Source: an uncultured Gammaproteobacteria bacterium
GTDB lineage: Bacteria; Patescibacteriota; Patescibacteriia; Magasanikbacterales; GWA2-37-8
DNA length: 64,000 nt
Assembly (NCBI GenBank): GCA_964482695.1
Contig: CAYZYP010000002.1
Coordinates: 46,962-110,961, forward strand
Direction: 5' to 3'
This document shows, piece by piece, positions 9,261 to 15,954 of the stretch (the stretch's first letter is position 1; every line of letters starts with the position of its first letter). Below the pieces are notes generated by a model. That model searched no databases and was not told the origin of the DNA. It saw only the letters and a program-made list of their open reading frames with translations. The position numbers and the translations under genes were made by a program.

Positions 9261-10706
9261 TTTTAAGTCGTAACTAATTTTAGTCATTATTGCCGTTAGT
9301 AGAATAATTCCCAAAACATGAAATAAAGCCGGTGAAGTGAGATTGATAATCAAAAGAGAAATAAGCATTGCTAAAATATATCTTTTATTTTTAATCCTAT
9401 ATTTTTTTAATATTAAAAATAAAAGATTAAAAATAAAAGATAACCAAATCAAAAATCCAACCATTCCCATTTCATCAATTATTTCCAAATACCCCCAGTC
9501 AAATTGAGTAGTGGTGATTTCTTTCTTAACGACTGGGCTATAGACAGTAACCGTGTCTCCCAAACCATTTCCCCAAAGTGGTTTTTGTTTTATTTTCTCC
9601 CAAATTTTTGGCAGTAGCATCATTCTTGATAGGGAGCTTTTTTCTATTGAAGGCGAGGCAATACTGCCAATTCGTAAGCCTAATAATTCCCAACCAAAAC
9701 TTTGTCCTCGGCTGGCGGCTAAATGAATAGATGAGAAAATTAAGATAAAAATAAAAATAGAACCAAGAGAATAAATAAGCCAGCGTTTCCAATATTGACG
9801 ACTAAATAAAAATAATAATCCGATCAAATAGGCTAGAATGTAAATACGAGTGAGGTTGAGAGAGAAAATGATAAGTAAAGACAAGATAATAAAATGATAA
9901 AATATTTTATCATTTTTGTCATCCCGAGCCACAGCGAGGGATCTCTGTCCGTTCACATAAGTATAGTTGGTATTTGTAGACAGAGATTCCTCGCTTCGCT
10001 CGGAATGACAGTCCTGTCTTGCAACTATTTGATAAATAAAATACAACAACACCGGCACTAACAACAAATGTTCATTAACTACCATCCGGTAAAAATTATT
10101 ATTTAAGTCAGTTATTTTGCCGCCAACAATATTTCTAAACCAATGATAATAGCTATCTTGCAACACTAAAATGTCAGAAGAATAGCTAATAAAAGTCAGT
10201 AAAACAAAAATTACATTGCCGATAATAGCCGCGCCGAGCATGGCAAAAGCCGTTTGTTTGAATTTTTCCGAATGCCATAACTCACATAAAGGAAAATAAT
10301 ACAAAAAGAAAAAATAGGGGATAGCGTCGGCAAAAATTTGGTGTGGATTATGGCCAGCATAATAACCAAGAGTAGAAGAAATAAAAACGATTAATAAAAT
10401 AGCTGAAAAAAGATAACAGATGATCTTGCTGTCTTTAAAAATTGTTTTGTATTTTTTATTATTTATTATCTGTATTGTATAAATTATTAATGAACAAATT
10501 AACAATAACGTTCTTAATGATGTCGAGTTAATGCTAAAAACCCCGCCCGCCCCGCCCAAAATAATTTCACCGGCAATAATATACCAACCACGTTCGTCTT
10601 TTTTTAAAAGTAAGTAAACAGTTGTGGCGAGTATAATAAAAGATAGAAAATAATTTATATACGACATTTCCGGGCTAAAAAAATACGAAAAAAGACGTGT
10701 GAACAC
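9252..10706 (-). CDS. O-antigen ligase/polymerase-like (Wzy_C-type) polytopic membrane protein carrying an in-frame palindromic-element insertion
   Basis: 484 aa, many TM helices, with a periplasmic-loop motif ...WGNGLGDT... resembling Wzy_C. The segment QDCHSERSEESLSTNTNYTYVNGQRSLAVARDDKNDK is encoded by repeat copy A. Confidence 0.55.
   Translation of the reverse strand: MFTRLFSYFFSPEMSYINYFLSFIILATTVYLLLKKDERGWYIIAGEIILGGAGGVFSINSTSLRTLLLICSLIIYTIQIINNKKYKTIFKDSKIICYLFSAILLIVFISSTLGYYAGHNPHQIFADAIPYFFFLYYFPLCELWHSEKFKQTAFAMLGAAIIGNVIFVLLTFISYSSDILVLQDSYYHWFRNIVGGKITDLNNNFYRMVVNEHLLLVPVLLYFIYQIVARQDCHSERSEESLSTNTNYTYVNGQRSLAVARDDKNDKIFYHFIILSLLIIFSLNLTRIYILAYLIGLLFLFSRQYWKRWLIYSLGSIFIFILIFSSIHLAASRGQSFGWELLGLRIGSIASPSIEKSSLSRMMLLPKIWEKIKQKPLWGNGLGDTVTVYSPVVKKEITTTQFDWGYLEIIDEMGMVGFLIWLSFIFNLLFLILKKYRIKNKRYILAMLISLLIINLTSPALFHVLGIILLTAIMTKISYDLKGA
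9918..10011. repeat. RPE-like palindromic element, copy A (full), in-frame inside the ligase-like CDS
   Basis: Left arm GTCATCCCGAGCCACAGCGAGGGATCTCTGTC, ~30-nt loop, right arm GACAGAGATTCCTCGCTTCGCTCGGAATGAC; homologous to the copies at 26855 and 11441. Confidence 0.8.
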
Positions 10707-10749
10707 GTAAATAAGAAAAAAATAAAATATGTTATATTTACTTATTATA

Positions 10750-11685
10750 TTATAATTTAAAATTATTAAGCTGCTTGTACCCGTTTATAAAATCCTTTGC
10801 TTTCATTGGCTTTTTTCCTTCCATTTGTAATTCTAAAATTTCTATACAGCCGCTATTACAACCGATAAAAATCTTTTCATCTTTATAAACCACTATCTTG
10901 TTTTCTATTTTTGCCTCGGATGGTTTGATTCTTAACAATTTTAATCTTTGATTTTTTACCTCTATATATATTCCCGGCCAAGGCGTTAACCCCCTGTATT
11001 GATTATAAATTTCCTGGGCTGTTTTATTAAAATCAACCAAGCCGTCTTCGCGCTTCAATATCTTGCAAAATGTAGCTTTTTTGTCATCTTGTGGTTTGGG
11101 GGAAATCTTACCGTCTACATAGGCTGGAATAGTGTTTAAAAGCATTTCAGAGGCCATTTTAGCGGCTTTAGCGTGTAAAGTGGTATAAGTGTCATCTGGC
11201 TCAATATTAAGCGTTTTTTGCGCCAAAATCGGCCCATGATCCATTTTTGCGTCAATGAGCATTATACTAACTCCGGTCTGGCTTTCACCATTTATTAAAA
11301 CCGATTGAATAGGCGATGGGCCGCGATATAAGGGGAGTAGAGAAGGATGAATATTGATAGACCCATGTTTGGGAATGTCTATTATATTTTGTGGAATAAG
11401 TAAGCCATAATCTACCACAATGTTTAAATCAATTTTTTTTGTCATCCCGAGGAGGTTCGCACCGACGAGGGATCTCTGTAATTTTTCCGGTTGCTCTATT
11501 TGCAAACCATGTTTTTGAGCCAAAAGTTTTACTGGTGGCAGTTGCAACTCTTGTTTACGCCCAACCGGCTTATCTGGTTGGGTAATAACTAGTTCAACCT
11601 TAACCAAAGGATTATTTATTAACCCTTGTAAAATCACAGTCGCGAAATCACCAGTACCAAAAAAGATGATGCTTATTTTTGTCAT
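10750..11685 (-). CDS. fmt: Methionyl-tRNA formyltransferase, with a short in-frame insertion from a half palindromic element
   Basis: Contains IIFFGTGDFA, HGSINIHPSLLPLYRGPSPIQ and the C-terminal domain. QRSLVGANLLGMTKK in the interdomain linker is encoded by repeat copy B. Confidence 0.92.
   Translation of the reverse strand: MTKISIIFFGTGDFATVILQGLINNPLVKVELVITQPDKPVGRKQELQLPPVKLLAQKHGLQIEQPEKLQRSLVGANLLGMTKKIDLNIVVDYGLLIPQNIIDIPKHGSINIHPSLLPLYRGPSPIQSVLINGESQTGVSIMLIDAKMDHGPILAQKTLNIEPDDTYTTLHAKAAKMASEMLLNTIPAYVDGKISPKPQDDKKATFCKILKREDGLVDFNKTAQEIYNQYRGLTPWPGIYIEVKNQRLKLLRIKPSEAKIENKIVVYKDEKIFIGCNSGCIEILELQMEGKKPMKAKDFINGYKQLNNFKL
11441..11479. repeat. RPE-like palindromic element, copy B (solo left arm) inside fmt
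   Basis: GTCATCCCGAGGAGGTTCGCACCGACGAGGGATCTCTGT is near-identical to the left arm of copy C; no right arm follows. Confidence 0.75.
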
Positions 11686-11752
11686 ATTTTTTAATATTTA
11701 TCAGGGCGGGACATTTCCCGCCCCTACAATTATATCATGTGAATAAAAATAT

Positions 11753-11781
11753 TGACAATTATCGGTTTCAAAGGTATCTTT
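11753..11781 (+). promoter_or_regulatory. Sigma70-like promoter at the left edge of the GC-rich island
   Basis: TTGACA, 17-nt spacer, TATCTT, followed by GGAGGTG (Shine-Dalgarno) and a GTG start. Confidence 0.35.
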
Positions 11782-11808
11782 TACCCAACCAACAACTGGA
11801 GGTGTGAA

Positions 11809-12192
11809 GTGAATAAAAAGCCTGTGTTAGTAGATTGGAAAGAGGCGTACGTAGAGCATGGGGGGCTACTTGTAGTCCCTATCCGCTCCGGAGATGGGAT
11901 GTACCTCGGGGAGCTTCGACTCCAGATGCACGAGAGGAGAACTTCTACCTCGCAGTCGCAACACTGGCATGGGAACATGGATGCCGGCGGCATCTGTATC
12001 ACCCCCGACGAGGAGGCTGCCCGCCGAGCAGCCACCCCGGACTCTGTGCGGCGGGAGGTTGGCCAGTTCGACCCTCCCACCCCCCCTACCATCAGCCCCA
12101 AGGTCGAGGACGCCCTCGACGCCGATCTGGCAAACGGTCCCACGCTTGAGGCCGTACCCTCCGGCCTCAAAGGCGATCCCAGCGGGATCTAG
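11809..12192 (+). CDS. Hypothetical protein encoded in a GC-rich (about 65%) foreign-looking island; no recognisable family
   Basis: GTG start 7 nt after GGAGG. The frame has strongly G/C-biased third positions (GC3) in its distal two-thirds, whereas the overlapping ORFs on both strands lack this. Product: VNKKPVLVDWKEAYVEHGGLLVVPIRSGDGMYLGELRLQMHE...GDPSGI. Confidence 0.45.
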   Translation: MNKKPVLVDWKEAYVEHGGLLVVPIRSGDGMYLGELRLQMHERRTSTSQSQHWHGNMDAGGICITPDEEAARRAATPDSVRREVGQFDPPTPPTISPKVEDALDADLANGPTLEAVPSGLKGDPSGI

Positions 12193-12307
12193 CCCCCCCC
12201 TCCGCTCCCACCCCCACGGTGAGAGCGCGCCCTTCGACTCTCACTAACCATAAATTTTAAAATAATTTAAAGTTTATGGCTAAGAGTCGAAGAAAAAAAG
12301 TTAAAAT

Positions 12308-12340
12308 AAAATATCCCGACGAGAAGTCGGGATATTTTTA
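12308..12340. terminator. Hairpin with flanking A/T runs (bidirectional terminator-like)
   Basis: AAATATCCCGAC-gagaa-GTCGGGATATTTTT. Confidence 0.55.
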
Positions 12341-12349
12341 ATTTTAGTC

Positions 12350-12457
12350 TTTACGCGTCACGCCAGCGGAAAACACTTTTTGAGCGTTCCCGACTTGTTC
12401 GGGACGATTCAAAAAGTTTTTTCCGCTGGCGCAAGGAATAACATTTACGCGTATTTT
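12350..12457. repeat. Long-hairpin repeat family, copy a (conserved tail abuts the def stop codon)
   Basis: Left CTTTACGCGTCACGCCAGCGGAAAACACTTTTTGA, inner hairpin, right TCAAAAAGTTTTTTCCGCTGGCGCAAGGAATAACATTTACGCGTATTTTT. Confidence 0.7.
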
Positions 12458-12458
12458 T

Positions 12459-12950
12459 CTATGCCTCTTTTTTTTCTATCTTTTGCAATTCCTTTGCCTT
12501 CTCAATAAACAAAATTCCATTCAAATGATCCACCTCGTGCTGAATAACTCGCGCCAAAATATCACTGGCTTTAAATTTTATCACCTCGCCATTTTTATTT
12601 AACGCTTCTATTTTTATTTTTTTATACCGCTTAACCTTGCCCCAAATTTCCGGCACTGACAAACACCCTTCCACATCCCATTCTTTAAGTAACGACGCCC
12701 GTTTCCATTTCGGATTTACCAAAACTAAATCTTCTTTTTTTTCTAACGTATAAATTTTTGCGATCACGCAAATAGCCACCGCTTGCCCCACTTGCGTTGC
12801 CGCCAACCCTGCGCCATCGGCTTTTAACATTGTTTCTATCATATTCTTAATCAAACGCTGTGTTTTCTTAACCAAAATTTCCTCTTTGGTGAGAGGTTTG
12901 GTTTTGGTATGGAGAATTGGATTAGGAGTGGTTATTATTGGCAGTAACAT
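12459..12950 (-). CDS. def: Peptide deformylase
   Basis: Motifs GAGLAATQVGQ, EGCLSVP and QHEVDHLNG. Confidence 0.95.
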   Translation of the reverse strand: MLLPIITTPNPILHTKTKPLTKEEILVKKTQRLIKNMIETMLKADGAGLAATQVGQAVAICVIAKIYTLEKKEDLVLVNPKWKRASLLKEWDVEGCLSVPEIWGKVKRYKKIKIEALNKNGEVIKFKASDILARVIQHEVDHLNGILFIEKAKELQKIEKKEA

Positions 12951-12968
12951 AAATAATAAATTAAGTTA

Positions 12969-13138
12969 GCCAACGGAAATTAGGTACTAAATTTCTGTCG
13001 GCAATGGAAGCCCTCGGGAGGGCGACTGAGCGAACTCATAAACCGAGATTTTTTGATTGACGTTGAAGCGAAGGAGTCTTGCCGACAGAAATTTAGTACC
13101 TAATTTCCGTTGGCGCGATGGATATAATTTACGCGCGC
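12969..13138. repeat. Long-hairpin repeat family, copy b (34-bp perfect stem, 74-nt loop, conserved tail)
   Basis: Stem CCAACGGAAATTAGGTACTAAATTTCTGTCGGCAA / TTGCCGACAGAAATTTAGTACCTAATTTCCGTTGG, then tail CGCGATGGATATAATTTACGCGCGC. Confidence 0.7.
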
Positions 13139-13153
13139 TTCTTTGCGAAAACT

Positions 13154-15076
13154 TTACAATTGCAACACTTCATTTGGATTAGGGTCAACCTTCCAATATT
13201 CCGGCACCCCAGAAAGCAACATCTTCACGTCACTTTTATAATTATCATACCTGATTTTTGCCAAAATCACCAGCCAATATTTACCCCCATAAAATTCCGG
13301 CGTGGTTTCCAAAGGACCAGATAATTTAATACCAGATTCGTTTTTTGTCAATTCAGACAATGTTTTAAAAACTTGACCAGCTTCATTTTCAACAACCTGT
13401 TTATTTACGTGGCCATAAAGCAATTTTAACAAAAAACGAAAAGGTGGATAGCCCAATATTTGTCGCCCTTTTAATTCTTGCTCATAAAATTTAAGTGGAC
13501 TACTTAAGGCGGTAAAAACCAAATGGTCAGGATGACTGGTTTGAATTAATAATTCAGCCTGTTTATTTAGTTTGTATTTAGCGTCGCGTAAATTATACCA
13601 CAAATTTTCATTTATTTTGTATTCCGGCACGAAGAGCGAAGTGTCCGCATCCAAAAAAACCATTAATTTTACCTTTTCCCAATCAACAAACGGCCAGGCC
13701 AGTTGCGTGCCAATAATTATTTTATTTCTATCATCACTAGTATTTTTATAAGCCATATCTTTCTGATCGCTATCTATCCGTACTACTTGCGTGTTATTTT
13801 TACCAACCATTAATTTCCTTATTTGATTTTCGGCCAGTTGCGTGCCTGCCCCCAGCATGTTCATGTTTATACCATGACATTTTTCACAATTTCTAGCCAT
13901 AAATTGTTTGTGACCGCAATAATGACAGCGCAAATTATTGTCGTTGTGAAACGTTAAAAGCAAATCACATTTAGGACATTTTAAAACTTGCCCACAATCA
14001 CGACAGCCAACATAGCCAGAAGCGCCTCTTCTGTTGAGAAAAACAAAAATGTCGCCATTTTTTACTTGTAAAATTTTTTCTGTTAATTTATTGCTAAAAC
14101 AACCATAATTGCCATAATGACGCTCGTCGCGCATGTCTATAATATTTATGTCTTGTTTTTTTTCTTTTTCTAAATTTGATTTAAATTTATTGATTGACTG
14201 TTGATTTAAAGTAGAAAGATTTGTAGATAAATATATTTTTTTCTTGGCAAAAAAATATGTTTCCACGCTTGGCGTGTGAGTTAATAAATGCAAAGTGGCG
14301 TTATGCTGTTTGGCCAAAAATAAAGCCGCGTCTCTGGTTTGATACCGTGGGGTCATATCCCAGCTTTTATAATTTGGATTAGATTCGTCCGTTAAAAAAA
14401 TATTTTCTAAATTATGCCACGGTAAAAATAACGCCCGACGCGTGCCAATTATTATTTTTTCACCTTCGTAAATTTGCCACCATTTTTTAAAAAGTTCTTT
14501 AGGGCTTAATTGACTAGAAATTATAATTGCTTTTTTTAACAAAGATTTTGGCAATTTATTTATGCTTTTTAATTCCGGAACTAAAATTAAATTTTGTTCT
14601 TTAACAGCTAAATTTTTTTTTAAATAATCATCCCGTTGTTTTTCTGTTTGATAAATAAAAAGCCTGGGTTTGGCCGTAAAAACAGCTTGTTTCAAGCTTT
14701 TGTTATTTTTAAATTTTAGTTCTAAACTGGCCAATTTCTTTTTTTGCAACGGCGGTAAATTTTCTTTAAGTAAAAATCCCAAAGAAGTGTGGTAAAATTC
14801 TGCCAAATCATTTAAAAAATTAATTTGCGGTAAAGATAATAGGGGACCAGAAAAAATAATTTTGCTAATTGATTTTGTTTTCTTCAATGCTTGTTCTGTA
14901 AAATTTTCTTTTTGTTTTACGGCGGCTATAACGCCAAAAATTTCCTTATTGCGGAAAGGAACAGCTGTTAACTGCCCAACCTTAATACTATCCGCTAATT
15001 CATCCGGCACCAAATAATCCAGCAATGATAAATAACGCGGCATGCGGCGAGGTAAAATAATTTTAGCGATAACCAT
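13154..15076 (-). CDS. priA: Primosomal protein N' (PriA)-like with intact Cys4x2 zinc-binding domain but degenerate Walker A/DEAH motifs
   Basis: Zinc-binding CRDCGQ..CPKC...CHYCGH...CEKC, plus PriA-specific FLNRRG and LDADTSLFVPEY. The Walker A position reads IYQTEKQRDDYL (no GxGKT) and the DExH position reads LTDESN. Confidence 0.7.
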   Translation of the reverse strand: MVIAKIILPRRMPRYLSLLDYLVPDELADSIKVGQLTAVPFRNKEIFGVIAAVKQKENFTEQALKKTKSISKIIFSGPLLSLPQINFLNDLAEFYHTSLGFLLKENLPPLQKKKLASLELKFKNNKSLKQAVFTAKPRLFIYQTEKQRDDYLKKNLAVKEQNLILVPELKSINKLPKSLLKKAIIISSQLSPKELFKKWWQIYEGEKIIIGTRRALFLPWHNLENIFLTDESNPNYKSWDMTPRYQTRDAALFLAKQHNATLHLLTHTPSVETYFFAKKKIYLSTNLSTLNQQSINKFKSNLEKEKKQDINIIDMRDERHYGNYGCFSNKLTEKILQVKNGDIFVFLNRRGASGYVGCRDCGQVLKCPKCDLLLTFHNDNNLRCHYCGHKQFMARNCEKCHGINMNMLGAGTQLAENQIRKLMVGKNNTQVVRIDSDQKDMAYKNTSDDRNKIIIGTQLAWPFVDWEKVKLMVFLDADTSLFVPEYKINENLWYNLRDAKYKLNKQAELLIQTSHPDHLVFTALSSPLKFYEQELKGRQILGYPPFRFLLKLLYGHVNKQVVENEAGQVFKTLSELTKNESGIKLSGPLETTPEFYGGKYWLVILAKIRYDNYKSDVKMLLSGVPEYWKVDPNPNEVLQL

Positions 15077-15145
15077 AAAAATAAAAATCCTAAACTCTAA
15101 ATCCTAAACAAATTTTAATTTAGGCAAGGTTTAGGATTTAAGAAA

Positions 15146-15940
15146 TTAGCTCAAAACAAAATTTGCTACCAAGTATCCTACGCCAAAAGGCGCTTCGTAC
15201 GAGTACTGCTTGTAGGTAAAATCAACATTACGCAAGATTCCCATAAGTATTAGTAAAGATCGAAAACCACATTCCGCGGCTTCTTCGACGAATTTTTTAT
15301 CCAAACGCAACATGCCGGCGGCGTTATTGTTGGCCAAAAGTTCTTGGATCTTGGCGTCAAATTCTGGGCCAGCTGGAGAAAAACCTGCTGGCGCGTCGGT
15401 CTGTAAAGCATGCGACAAATCGCCAGAAGCTATTACCGCCACTCTTTTATTAGATTCCGTTAAGCATTCTTTTAACATATAGCCGAAACCAAGATGCGTT
15501 TTCCAATCTAAATTACAAAAGCCAATTGGAATAATAGCTATTTGTGGCAAATGTTTGGCCAAGTAGTACAATGGTACTGCCGCGCCATGATCTAAATTTT
15601 GCTCGCTTATCATGGCGGCTGGAAAACTTTGGTCCCTGGTGCACTCTCTAATTTTTGAGGTTAAATTCATTTCTCCTTTAAATTTTATTCTGGTTGCTAA
15701 ATCACCGAATTCTTTTAGGTCTGTTTCATATTCAGAGAAATTATTAATTGTAAACGCGTCGTTAAAATAACTACCATGAGGCGAAATAATCAAAATAATT
15801 TCCGGGCGGCTCAAATACAAATCTTCTTCTAGTTGTTCCAAAGCTTGTTTTGTTTGCTCTACCTTTTTTACAGCTTCTTTACCTATGGTTGGGATAAGAA
15901 GCGGCGGGTGGGGGACAAAAGACGCAAAAACTAAAGACAT
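15146..15940 (-). CDS. LigB/class III extradiol dioxygenase-family (MEMO1/AmmeMemo-like) protein
   Basis: N-terminal FASFVPHPPLLIP...SPHGSYF pattern and a size of 264 aa. Confidence 0.45.
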   Translation of the reverse strand: MSLVFASFVPHPPLLIPTIGKEAVKKVEQTKQALEQLEEDLYLSRPEIILIISPHGSYFNDAFTINNFSEYETDLKEFGDLATRIKFKGEMNLTSKIRECTRDQSFPAAMISEQNLDHGAAVPLYYLAKHLPQIAIIPIGFCNLDWKTHLGFGYMLKECLTESNKRVAVIASGDLSHALQTDAPAGFSPAGPEFDAKIQELLANNNAAGMLRLDKKFVEEAAECGFRSLLILMGILRNVDFTYKQYSYEAPFGVGYLVANFVLS

Positions 15941-15954
15941 ATTGTTAGTTATAA

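Noticed and set aside
11703-11726. GGGCGGGA-catt-TCCCGCCC hairpin as the fmt terminator
   Set aside because: No U-run follows on either strand and it lies 5' of fmt on the minus strand. It is interpreted as part of the GC-rich inserted segment.
11781-12247. Three additional long ORFs (11781..12170 minus, 11835..12149 plus, 11894..12247 plus) overlapping the GC-rich island
   Set aside because: Long open frames on every strand are expected in 65% GC DNA. Only the 11809..12192 frame shows G/C third-position bias plus a Shine-Dalgarno and promoter, so the others are treated as composition artefacts.
13100-13130. TTGGCG...TATAAT inside the conserved tail of hairpin copy b as a promoter
   Set aside because: Spacing between the -35-like and -10-like hexamers is 7 nt, and the TATAAT is not conserved in the other copies.
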